A stretch of 38,513 nucleotides of DNA from an uncultured Gammaproteobacteria bacterium (GCA_964457885.1 CAYWFD010000001.1:1-38513), one strand, 5' to 3'. Shown: positions 18,106 through 26,672, counted from the first letter of the stretch. Notes: generated by a model not told the origin, from the sequence alone. Program-made: numbers and translations.

Positions 18106-19293
18106 ATGAGTTATTTTGAGAATTTTTTTACGCAACCACCTGAAAAAATTATTGAATGGCGCGATACCGAAACAGAAGCAGTTGGTTGGTTAGTATTTAA
18201 TTCATTGCGCGGGGGTGCGGCAGGTGGGGGAACAAGAATGAAACCAGGGTGCACTCTGGAAGAGGTAATCAATCTGGCAAAAGTCATGGAAATTAAATTC
18301 GCAATTTCAGGTCCATTGATTGGTGGTGCAAAATCAGGAATAAATTACCTCCCAAAAGATGAACAAGAAAAACATGAGGTTTTAACTAGATGGTTTACTT
18401 TTATTGGGTCATATCTTAAAAAGATGTATGGCACTGGCGGTGACTATAATGTAGATCAGACAAGGGATGTCGTACCAATTCTAGAGAAGTTCGGTATTCG
18501 ACATCCACAAGAAGGCATTGTTCGTGGACATTTAAAGGGCATGAAAAAAACAATTCAGGATAAGATAATAGGACAATTGCATACGGGCGTAAAACTTTCA
18601 GTTGATAATTTTTTTGCAGATAAACAGATAACAATTGCAGATATCGCGACAGGATTTGGGGTAGTTGAGGCTCTACAGGAATATTATGAAGTCTATAGCG
18701 AAACAATTGAAGACAAAAAGATTATTGTAGAAGGATTTGGAAATGTAGGCGGTGCGTCTGCATATTTTGCAGAAAAAGCAGGAGCAGTAGTCGTAGGGAT
18801 TATAGAGAAGGATTGGAAGATGTATAACGACCGTGGTATCGTCGTCGAAAAATTGTATAAACATATTCGAAAAAGGGGGGTGAAAAAGCAGTCGCTTCTC
18901 AAACCTTCACAAAAAAATATAATCGCTGATGTCTATATACCGGCTGCAGCTTCGGGGACTATCAATGGTGAGCGACTGGGTGTTTTGAAAGATATGGGGG
19001 TAAAAATCATTGTATGCGGAGCTAATAATCCGTTTGATTCGATTGAAACGCTAAAGAAAGCGGATGCGATGTTCGTGGTAATTCCTGATTTTGTGGCAAA
19101 TGCAGGTATGGCGCGTACATTTGCATATCTTATGCAGCCAGACGCGATAGTTACGAGCAATGCGATTTTGGAGGATATTGCACAATGTATACGAGGGGCC
19201 GTAAGAGAGATATACTCTCAAGCCCCATTGGGGAACTATCTCTACGCAACTGCTGAAAAGGTAGTAATGGATAGATTAAATACACGTTCATAA
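18106..19293 (+). CDS. Glu/Leu/Phe/Val dehydrogenase family protein (divergent)
   Basis: RGGAAGGGTRMKPG, IGGAKSGINY (catalytic Lys motif), GTGGDYNVD, the Rossmann motif VEGFGNVGGASAYF, and CGANNP. Confidence 0.75.
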   Translation: MSYFENFFTQPPEKIIEWRDTETEAVGWLVFNSLRGGAAGGGTRMKPGCTLEEVINLAKVMEIKFAISGPLIGGAKSGINYLPKDEQEKHEVLTRWFTFIGSYLKKMYGTGGDYNVDQTRDVVPILEKFGIRHPQEGIVRGHLKGMKKTIQDKIIGQLHTGVKLSVDNFFADKQITIADIATGFGVVEALQEYYEVYSETIEDKKIIVEGFGNVGGASAYFAEKAGAVVVGIIEKDWKMYNDRGIVVEKLYKHIRKRGVKKQSLLKPSQKNIIADVYIPAAASGTINGERLGVLKDMGVKIIVCGANNPFDSIETLKKADAMFVVIPDFVANAGMARTFAYLMQPDAIVTSNAILEDIAQCIRGAVREIYSQAPLGNYLYATAEKVVMDRLNTRS

Positions 19294-19296
19294 TAT

Positions 19297-20319
19297 ATGA
19301 AAAAAGAGTATCTGAATGTTTGGAATATCGTAGCAGAAGATTTTCCATTTAGTAAAAATGTAGCTGAACAGATAAAATTTGTATTGAAATACGCAGTCCT
19401 TGCACCCTCAACGCACAATATCCAGCCGTGGCTTTTTCGGGTTGAAAGTAATACGTGTAGTTTTTTATTTGATCCACAGGCGGTATTGCCTCATGGAGAC
19501 AGTGAACGGAGGTACGCAACGATAAGTATTGGTGCTGCGCTTGAAAATTTCATTATTGCGGCGACAGCTTTTGGTATGAAACCCTCGGTACAGTACATGG
19601 TAAATGAAGACGTCTACGCACGAGTGTCTGTCGAAGCAGGAAAAATTCTTGATGATAAATATATCGGAATACTTAAATCAATTACAGAACGGGTCAACGT
19701 ACGAGGAGTATTTCAGTCAGGGAAAATATCTGATGAGATTGTATCTTTATTACGATCGGAAGCAGAGGCAAAAGAATGCACTGCACATATATATACAGAT
19801 CAAGAAAAAATATCACATATCGCAGAACTCACCGCTTTAGGGCTTCAGCGAGCGCATAAACAAGATACATTTCGTAAGGAAATGGCGACGCATATTGTTT
19901 CAAATATTTCAGAGAGCCCAATCGGAATTCCTGGATACACAATGAATTTGCCGTTGATATTTTCTTTAATTATCCCAAAATTGATTTACTACAAGGATCT
20001 TTCCCCGATATTATCGAAACTAAATTACAAAAGTATCGCCTCAGCACCAATAGTGTGTGTAATAACTGCAAAGCAATGGAATAGACGCTCATGGCTTGAG
20101 GTGGGTCAAACCGCAGAGAGATTGATACTCCATGCTCAAAGCAGGGGTATGCATTCATCGGTATATGTGGCAGCGACTGAATTTGATGAGACTGCGCTTG
20201 AATTGCAGAAGATAATACATACCGAGGAACGTCCGGCATTTATATTTTGTATGGGGTATATGAAAAAAAGATACAAACATGCTCAAAGGGTCCCAAGCGA
20301 GCGGAAAATCATTTCATGA
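19297..20319 (+). CDS. Acg-type (double nitroreductase fold) FMN-binding oxidoreductase family protein
   Basis: LKYAVLAPSTHNIQPWLFRV, D..R......GAALENF, ERVNVRGVF, and about 340 aa with the same layout I remember for M. tuberculosis Acg/Rv2032-like proteins. Confidence 0.7.
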   Translation: MKKEYLNVWNIVAEDFPFSKNVAEQIKFVLKYAVLAPSTHNIQPWLFRVESNTCSFLFDPQAVLPHGDSERRYATISIGAALENFIIAATAFGMKPSVQYMVNEDVYARVSVEAGKILDDKYIGILKSITERVNVRGVFQSGKISDEIVSLLRSEAEAKECTAHIYTDQEKISHIAELTALGLQRAHKQDTFRKEMATHIVSNISESPIGIPGYTMNLPLIFSLIIPKLIYYKDLSPILSKLNYKSIASAPIVCVITAKQWNRRSWLEVGQTAERLILHAQSRGMHSSVYVAATEFDETALELQKIIHTEERPAFIFCMGYMKKRYKHAQRVPSERKIIS

Positions 20320-20332
20320 TAATAAACATCAT

Positions 20333-21448
20333 ATGGAAAAACTAAGACAAAAGTTAACCCAATATAATACTACCGATAATTCGATATATAAACCGGATAT
20401 TTTTGATATCACAAAAAAAGATGACCAACAGAAATTAGAACGTCTATTTGAAGAGCAAAAGATTGCATATCTTATAAACGATCTAGAAAATCAAGAAAAA
20501 GAACTGCAGGTGATCAAAAATCCAGAAACTATGTTGCAGGCGACCGCATTGCATGAAACATTCAGAGATTCGGCAGATGCGAATATTGAGGGTGGAAGAT
20601 GGGTTTATTATCCCTGGAGAAAGACCCTGGTACATTGTCTTGGACCAGAACAATATCAGACAGTAAGACTTGCAAGAAATAAAGACCTGATTACTGAAAA
20701 AGAACAGATAGCAATAAAGAACGCCAGAATATCTATATTTGGGTTAAATGTAGGATATTCAGGAGCCATTGCATGTGCGCTGGGAGGGGTGGGATCACAT
20801 TTCGATTTGGTTGATTTGGATGTACTTTCTCTTACCAACCTTAATCGCTTTACTGCGGGCATATGTGATATTGGAATAAATAAAGCGGTTATAGCCGCGC
20901 GACATATGTATGAATTGGATCCGTATTTGGACATCACAGTTCATGAAAAAGGATTGAATATGGAGGGTGCTGAAGATTTTATTCGCGAAAAAAAACCGGA
21001 CCTAGTAATCGAAGAAATGGATGCGTTAAAATTGAAAATATTGGTCCGTAAAGTTGCAAAAGAACAAAAGATTCCAGTGGTAATGGTGACTGGAAATGGA
21101 AGTGACATTATTTTGGATGTTGAGCGATACGATTCTGAAACGGTGGAATTACTGAATGGCCTGCTGGATGAAAAAGTGAGGGAAAAAATAGAGAATAAAG
21201 AAGGACGATTTTCATTTGAAGAACACATCGAGTTAGCTCGGGATTTTATGGGCAGAGAATGGCTAACCAAACGGTTGTGGGATTCGTTTACAAAAGTTGG
21301 GAAAGAATTGGCAGGTATACCACAACTTGGTGAGACCACACTCCTTCGAGGCGCAACACTCGGTCGTGTGGTACGAAATATATTAACGGGAGAGCCTGTC
21401 CGATCGGGAAGATACGTTATTACATTAGGAGATTTCACTAATCAGTAG
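20333..21448 (+). CDS. ThiF/MoeB/E1-like adenylyltransferase family protein with an N-terminal extension of about 125 aa
   Basis: ARISIFGLNVGYSGAIACALGG (variant nucleotide loop), DLDVLSLTNLNRF (Arg finger region), GINKA and LVIEEMDALKLK. The start is set at ATG 20333, 13 nt after the upstream stop. Confidence 0.75.
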   Translation: MEKLRQKLTQYNTTDNSIYKPDIFDITKKDDQQKLERLFEEQKIAYLINDLENQEKELQVIKNPETMLQATALHETFRDSADANIEGGRWVYYPWRKTLVHCLGPEQYQTVRLARNKDLITEKEQIAIKNARISIFGLNVGYSGAIACALGGVGSHFDLVDLDVLSLTNLNRFTAGICDIGINKAVIAARHMYELDPYLDITVHEKGLNMEGAEDFIREKKPDLVIEEMDALKLKILVRKVAKEQKIPVVMVTGNGSDIILDVERYDSETVELLNGLLDEKVREKIENKEGRFSFEEHIELARDFMGREWLTKRLWDSFTKVGKELAGIPQLGETTLLRGATLGRVVRNILTGEPVRSGRYVITLGDFTNQ

Positions 21449-21451
21449 TCT

Positions 21452-22879
21452 ATGTTACCAGCAGGTTTCAAACAAGCATTAAAAGCATTTCAGCGGGCAG
21501 CGGAGACAGTTCCTGCATATCAAAAATTTCTTAAGTCAGAAGGGATTAATCCTGCAATGATTAAAACCCCTGAGGATTTTGAGAAAATTCCCTATGTAGA
21601 CAAAAAAAATTATCTGAGAAAATACGAATATCAGGAACTGTTTCCATTTGGGCACATACCTGAGATGGTCTCAGCAAGCTCAGGGTCATCAGGTAAGCCG
21701 TTTTATTGGCCACGCAGTGAGGCGCTCCATACAGAAGGTGCCGAAATTCATGCACGTATTTTTACAGATATATTTGGTCTGGAAAAAAAGAAAACACTAG
21801 TTATCGTTTCATTCTCAATGGGTATGTGGATAGCAGGAACATATACCTTGCTTTCATTGCTTGAAATGCAGAGAAAGAATGGTTTAAATATTTCAATTGC
21901 AACTCCTGGAATTGAGGTAGAAGATACTATATCAATACTGCGTGGATTTGCCAAAAATTTTGATGCAATCGTATTTATCGGATACCCTCCATTTATCATG
22001 GACCTTATTAAAAAAGCTCAGGAAGAAAAGATAAATTTGAATACGTGGGATATTTCTTTTCTGTTTGCAGGAGAACAGTTTTCAGAAGTATGGCGCGAGT
22101 ATGTATATGATATCGCAGGAGTTACGTCAGATCTTTCTCGATCGGTAAGTATCTACGGGACTGCAGATGCCGGCATTGTGGGGCATGAAACACCTGCCAC
22201 AGTTGCGTTTCGTAAAAGTTTTTTACGCAAGGATTTTTTGCATACTGACCAGCTTGACCAGCTTGGAGAAGCACAGACATTGGTGCAGTATTACCCAAAG
22301 TATAAGTATCTCGAAACTCATAAAAGTGAGCTGTTGATAACGTCGGCATACACAGGTATCCCCCTGATAAGGTATAATATCCATGATCAGTGTGTATTGG
22401 TGCCCGAAAACGAGTTTGAAAAATTGTCTGAAAAAGCGAGTGTATACACGAATTTTCCAGAATTGCGTCATGCGAAATATCAACTACCTGTGGTTGCGTT
22501 ATATGGACGAAAAGATATTGCGGTCATGTTTTACGCACTTATCATCTATCCGCAAAATATAAAAGCAGGGTTAGAGGAAAAAAGTATTGCACCGTATATA
22601 ACAGGAAAATTTATCGCTGAAGTGGTGTTAGGTAAAAAAGGTAAGCAGAATTTGCGGATTCATGTGGAATTGGCTGAAAGTAAAATGAGGAACGGAAAAA
22701 TAGAGAAAAAAATACAATCCTTGGTAATAAAAGCGCTTTGTCAAAAAAACGCTGAATATCGAAAATTGGTCGCTTCAATAGGAAAACAGGCATATCCAAA
22801 GATGGTGCTACATGAATTCGGCTCAGAAATTTTTAAGATTAAGAAATCAAAACATAATTGGGTGAAGAAAGCCCTCTAG
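21452..22879 (+). CDS. phenylacetate-CoA ligase / coenzyme F390 synthetase-like adenylate-forming enzyme
   Basis: VPAYQKFLKSEGINPAMIKTPEDFEKIPYVDKKNYL is a PaaK/CapK-type N-terminus. SASSGSSGKPFYWP corresponds to the (S/T)SGTTGKP adenylation loop, and YGTADAG is also present. Confidence 0.65.
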   Translation: MLPAGFKQALKAFQRAAETVPAYQKFLKSEGINPAMIKTPEDFEKIPYVDKKNYLRKYEYQELFPFGHIPEMVSASSGSSGKPFYWPRSEALHTEGAEIHARIFTDIFGLEKKKTLVIVSFSMGMWIAGTYTLLSLLEMQRKNGLNISIATPGIEVEDTISILRGFAKNFDAIVFIGYPPFIMDLIKKAQEEKINLNTWDISFLFAGEQFSEVWREYVYDIAGVTSDLSRSVSIYGTADAGIVGHETPATVAFRKSFLRKDFLHTDQLDQLGEAQTLVQYYPKYKYLETHKSELLITSAYTGIPLIRYNIHDQCVLVPENEFEKLSEKASVYTNFPELRHAKYQLPVVALYGRKDIAVMFYALIIYPQNIKAGLEEKSIAPYITGKFIAEVVLGKKGKQNLRIHVELAESKMRNGKIEKKIQSLVIKALCQKNAEYRKLVASIGKQAYPKMVLHEFGSEIFKIKKSKHNWVKKAL

Positions 22880-22882
22880 TGT

Positions 22883-24511
22883 ATGATTCCATTGGAAGTA
22901 TTGATACAAAGATTGGAGTTACCCTCATTGGTATTTGTGGGACTTACGATCGTAGGATTAGGAGGTATTGTATTCTATCGTGCGCGTAGAAGTGCGAGTG
23001 GACTTTTATTTGTAGTACTTTCGTTAAGTTTTGCGGCATGGGCAGTCGTAAATTATTTTTCTCTCAACCGGGTACCAACCGATTCGGTAGTTTTCTGGGC
23101 ACGCGCCGTACTATTCAGTGCAGCACCTCAGGCAATGATTTTTGCATTACTGATGCATACGCTTCCTTCAGAAAAAATGCTCATGCCAAGATGGAAAATT
23201 GTTGTGTATGTGTTATTGTTGATAACTCAAATGAGTTTTGCGCTTTCACCATACGTATTTAGTGGTATTGAATGGGAAGGGCGCAAAGCGGTACCGACGG
23301 TAAGCTGGGGAGTGGGGATTTACATGGCAATCATGATATATTTTTTTGGACAAGGAATTTACTGGTTGGTAAAAAAATTTATCTATGCGAAAAAGAATGA
23401 AAAAAGGAATTTGTTGATCATTTTATACGGATTTGGCAGTTTGATTTTTTTCTTACTCACCTTTTTATTATTTGCTGTTGTATTCTTTAATAACACAACG
23501 TTTTTGCCAATAAGCCCGATTTTTGTACTACCGTTTATTATATCTACGGGGTATACGCTGGTACGGCAGGAATTTTTGCATATTCGATTAGTGACCACTG
23601 AATTTGTAGCAAGTTTTCTTACTATTATACTGTTGACCGATGCCTTCCTTTCTGAAGGTTTATTTCAGGTCATATGGAAATCGGCATTCGGTATTGGTGT
23701 AGGTATTTTAGGTTTCCTGTTAATTCGTTCTGTATATAGGGAAATAGCACAAAGAAAAAAACTTGACTCACTGACCCATTCCCTTGAAAAAGCAAATATC
23801 CGCCTCAAAGAGCTTGACCAACAAAAAACTGAATTCTTATCAATCGCATCGCACCAACTCCGGACTCCTTTGTCGATTATCAAGGGATATATCGAATTGA
23901 TCTATGACGGCGCATACGGTAAGCCGACAAAAAAATTGCAAACCGTACTCCATAATATGGATGAGAGTAATGAGCGCTTGGTAAAACTGGTAGATGAATT
24001 TTTGGATATTACTAGAATCGAACAGGGGAGAACCAAATTTTCATTTGAATCTTCAGATATAAATGAATTAGTGGCGGGGGTGGTAGAAGAGCTGAAAGAC
24101 CGGGCAAAAGCGGCGGGAATCACCATACATTTTGCACATTCAAATGAGATCGACAACGTATATATGGATCCGGAAAAAATCAGGCATGTGGTCTTCAATT
24201 ATGTTGATAATGCGATCAAATACAGTGCCAATGGCAAAGAAATCGATGTAAATATCGAATACGAAAACAATGGGTGTACGGTAAGGGTCAAAGACCACGG
24301 GCTTGGGTTTGATACGCCAGACCATGCTAGCTTTTTCCAAAAATTCTATCGAGGTGAAAATGTGAAAGGTACCAATGTCAATGGAACCGGACTCGGTATC
24401 TACGTGTGCCGTAAATTTATCGAAGCACACAAAGGGCATGTTTGGGCAAAGAGTGACGGATTGGGTAAGGGGAGTGAGTTCGGTTTTTGGATCCCTGACA
24501 CGAAGCAATAA
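22883..24511 (+). CDS. sensor histidine kinase with a polytopic (about 7 TM) N-terminal domain
   Basis: The N-terminal about 270 aa are hydrophobic. H-box LSIASHQLRTPLSII, N-box NYVDNAIKYS, G1 DHGLGF, G2 GTGLGIYV. No receiver-domain gene lies in the window. Confidence 0.85.
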   Translation: MIPLEVLIQRLELPSLVFVGLTIVGLGGIVFYRARRSASGLLFVVLSLSFAAWAVVNYFSLNRVPTDSVVFWARAVLFSAAPQAMIFALLMHTLPSEKMLMPRWKIVVYVLLLITQMSFALSPYVFSGIEWEGRKAVPTVSWGVGIYMAIMIYFFGQGIYWLVKKFIYAKKNEKRNLLIILYGFGSLIFFLLTFLLFAVVFFNNTTFLPISPIFVLPFIISTGYTLVRQEFLHIRLVTTEFVASFLTIILLTDAFLSEGLFQVIWKSAFGIGVGILGFLLIRSVYREIAQRKKLDSLTHSLEKANIRLKELDQQKTEFLSIASHQLRTPLSIIKGYIELIYDGAYGKPTKKLQTVLHNMDESNERLVKLVDEFLDITRIEQGRTKFSFESSDINELVAGVVEELKDRAKAAGITIHFAHSNEIDNVYMDPEKIRHVVFNYVDNAIKYSANGKEIDVNIEYENNGCTVRVKDHGLGFDTPDHASFFQKFYRGENVKGTNVNGTGLGIYVCRKFIEAHKGHVWAKSDGLGKGSEFGFWIPDTKQ

Positions 24512-24522
24512 CGCAGGTTTTC

Positions 24523-24551
24523 TTGCTGATTATGCAAACTTGGTGTACACT
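24523..24551 (+). promoter_or_regulatory. putative promoter for the bactofilin gene
   Basis: TTGCTG (24523..24528), 17-nt spacer, TACACT (24546..24551). Confidence 0.3.
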
Positions 24552-24583
24552 ATAGTAATCATCTCTTATTATTTATCGTACCT

Positions 24584-25378
24584 ATGTTTAAGAATTCTTC
24601 TGAACCTCAAAGACCACAAGTTCATGAGCAAGTGAACACTCCGCGTACTCACCATGACGAGGTGGAGACCGTCGTTGGTCCCTCTGTCGTAGTTGAAGGA
24701 GATTTTTCTTCAGAAGGTAATATCTTGGTCAAAGGAACTGTATCGGGAAATGTACAGACCGGTAAATTATTGACCGTCGAGGAAGGTGCAAAAATCCTTG
24801 CAAATATAAAGGCCGGTGACGCATTGGTCTCAGGTGAGATCAAAGGAAATGTGCGTGTCGAGGATAAATTGCAGGTGACCGAGAGTGGACGAATCTTGGG
24901 AGATATTTATTGCCGTGTACTTGAAGTCGAGTCAGGAGCAATCATCCATGGAAAAGTGACGATGACCGATATTGAAATCGAAGATATCCGTCCAGACCGA
25001 AAACGTACGACCGTCCGAACCAAATCAAAAGTCGAAATAATGCCTGAACAAACTGAAGAGGCATTGAGAAGCGGTGGAATTAACCCGCGGGTGAATCAAG
25101 GCGAGTATGTATGTCTATCTCTACGACAACTTTTTGAAGCACAAGCGATACGAAACGATTCTGAAAGCAATAGAAACGCGTCTGACCGATTATGGAATCG
25201 CAGGGAAAATCGTTCGTCTCCAGCACTACTCTTCGGCCGATCTGCTCCTGCAGGACGAAGTCCGAAAAGGTGCAAAAACCGTGGTGATCGTGGGAAACGA
25301 CACCACGTTTGGTCATATCTTGTCATATGTCGCGTCGCACGACGTGACGTTTGCGTTTATTCCGATCGGACCCAATAA
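24584..25378 (+). CDS. bactofilin family protein (3' end uncertain)
   Basis: The core VVGPSVVVEGDFSSEGNILVKGTVSGNVQTGKLLTVEEGAKILANIKAGDALVSGEIKGNVRVEDKLQVTESGRILGDIYCRVLEVESGAIIHGKV (about 24662..24964) is a typical bactofilin beta-helix repeat. The frame stays open to 25378, overlapping the next gene. Confidence 0.75.
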   Translation: MFKNSSEPQRPQVHEQVNTPRTHHDEVETVVGPSVVVEGDFSSEGNILVKGTVSGNVQTGKLLTVEEGAKILANIKAGDALVSGEIKGNVRVEDKLQVTESGRILGDIYCRVLEVESGAIIHGKVTMTDIEIEDIRPDRKRTTVRTKSKVEIMPEQTEEALRSGGINPRVNQGEYVCLSLRQLFEAQAIRNDSESNRNASDRLWNRRENRSSPALLFGRSAPAGRSPKRCKNRGDRGKRHHVWSYLVICRVARRDVCVYSDRTQ

Positions 25379-25868
25379 CACGATTGCGGAAGTACTTGGT
25401 ATTCCAGTCGGTATCGAAGCATGCGACATATTGGCACGTCGACGAAGACTTAGATTGGACGTCGGCTGGGTGAATAATCGGTACTTTGTGTCACAGCTCC
25501 ATATCCCGCCGAGCACCATCGCAATCCAGTATGACGAACGGTTTAATGTTTCAAGTACGAGTGGAAAAATGGAGTTGGTGGTGTGCAATCTCCAGCCTTT
25601 CTTCTGGACAGGGAAAGGCCGCCGCTACGTCGCGCATCCGCAAGATAATAAATTGGAAGCGTTTTTGCGCCCTGTTGTTCCTGGAAGCTGGTTCAAAAAA
25701 GAAGATTTTGAAGAACCAAGTATTTTTCCCTTCGAAGAAATGGTGGTCACCAGTAAGAAACCATTCGTAGTCGAGGCAGACGGCAAGACCACCAAAGAAG
25801 TGAAAGTTACGATCAGGCTTGCAAAAAGTCGGATCGATATGGTGGTCGGAAAAGAGCGTAAATTCTGA
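25107..25868 (+). CDS. diacylglycerol kinase catalytic-domain (YegS/BmrU-like) family protein with variant motifs
   Basis: MYVYLYDNFL...TVVIVGNDTTFGHIL...FAFIPIGPNNTIAEVLGIP aligns to the DAGK_cat pattern (GGDGT ... PlGTgNdfar) with GNDTT and GPNNT in place of the canonical motifs. Confidence 0.6.
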   Translation: MYVYLYDNFLKHKRYETILKAIETRLTDYGIAGKIVRLQHYSSADLLLQDEVRKGAKTVVIVGNDTTFGHILSYVASHDVTFAFIPIGPNNTIAEVLGIPVGIEACDILARRRRLRLDVGWVNNRYFVSQLHIPPSTIAIQYDERFNVSSTSGKMELVVCNLQPFFWTGKGRRYVAHPQDNKLEAFLRPVVPGSWFKKEDFEEPSIFPFEEMVVTSKKPFVVEADGKTTKEVKVTIRLAKSRIDMVVGKERKF

Positions 25869-25900
25869 CCCTGCGCATGTACCGTTACTGCATCAATATC

Positions 25901-25929
25901 TTGACAAATACCACATTTTGTGGTATTTT
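25901..25929 (+). promoter_or_regulatory. promoter for RNase P RNA
   Basis: TTGACA (25901..25906), 17-nt spacer, TGgTATTTT (TATTTT 25924..25929). The expected TSS at about 25936..25941 coincides with the inferred P1 5' strand. Confidence 0.5.
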
Positions 25930-25940
25930 TTGTACGTTTC

Positions 25941-26352
25941 ACACGATTCTGGATAATCGCCCGTACGGGAGGAAAGTCCGAACTCCGTATTGATATTTTT
26001 TATCAAGAACAAAGGTAATGGATAACGTCCATCCGTGCAGTCGCGAGGCTGTATGCGGGACAGTGCCACAGAGACAATACTAATCGCACCGCGATTATCG
26101 CAGTGCGGTGAAAGGTGAAAAGTGTATCAATGTATTGATAGGTTCAGCATATGCACTGTATCAATGCTATGATACTTCCTCTGTCGCAAGACAGAACGAT
26201 GGCAAACCCTACCTGGAGAAAGAGCAGCGTTCTCTGGCTACGTCAGAGTTCGAAAAGTTAGCTCGTTTGATCCCGATAGTAATATCGGGGCTAGAGAAAT
26301 GATTATCGCCCGGCCTTGCTGGGAACAAAATTCGGCTTATACGAATCGTGTG
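25941..26352 (+). ncRNA. rnpB: RNase P RNA, bacterial type A
   Basis: GGGAGGAAAGTCCGAAC (P4 5' strand), CAGTGCCACAGAGACAA and GGTGAAAGGTGAAA are present. GGGAACAAAATTCGGCTTATAC is the P4 3' strand. 5' CACGATTC pairs with 3' GAATCGTG to form P1. Confidence 0.85.
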
Positions 26353-26358
26353 AAACAC

Positions 26359-26391
26359 AAAACCCTGTACCGTTCTGGTACAGGGTTTTTG
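26359..26391. terminator. bidirectional intrinsic terminator (rnpB and the convergent small membrane-protein gene)
   Basis: AAAACCCTGTACC-gttct-GGTACAGGGTTTTT is a perfect stem with an A-run and a T-run on either side. Confidence 0.7.
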
Positions 26392-26444
26392 TATGATCGT
26401 GAATCCCTGCAGATGGTTCCGCAGGGGCACGAGTACAGAGGCTT

Positions 26445-26672
26445 CTACCACCAGTCATCAGGATGTTCATCCTTCGGAGCCACAGGCTCCTTTTCCAGGA
26501 ATCCGATAATGACGCATATGAAGAGAAGGAAACCAGAGACGGTCCGGAAATCGCTCGCAGTCATGTACTCGGTCGAGTCGTGCTCGAAATAGAGCATGAC
26601 TGCATGCGTAAGTGCTGCGATCATAATGCCGAATGCGCCAGTAATTCTGCAGATCCAAAACGCCAGGCCCAT
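26445..26672 (-). CDS. small two-TM membrane protein, unknown function (75 aa)
   Basis: MGLAFWICRITGAFGIMIAALTHAVMLYFEHD...VSGFLLFICVIIGFLEKEPVAPKDEHPDDWW. AAGGAAGG sits 6-7 nt upstream of the ATG at 26672. The longer track ORF (to 26873) runs into the macA-like promoter region. Confidence 0.4.
   Translation of the reverse strand: MGLAFWICRITGAFGIMIAALTHAVMLYFEHDSTEYMTASDFRTVSGFLLFICVIIGFLEKEPVAPKDEHPDDWW

Noticed and set aside
26108-26592. Track ORFs 26108..26302 (+), 26299..26592 (+) and 26209..26451 (-)
   Set aside because: They overlap the RNase P RNA and its terminator. Their translations have no protein-like features, and the region is explained by rnpB.
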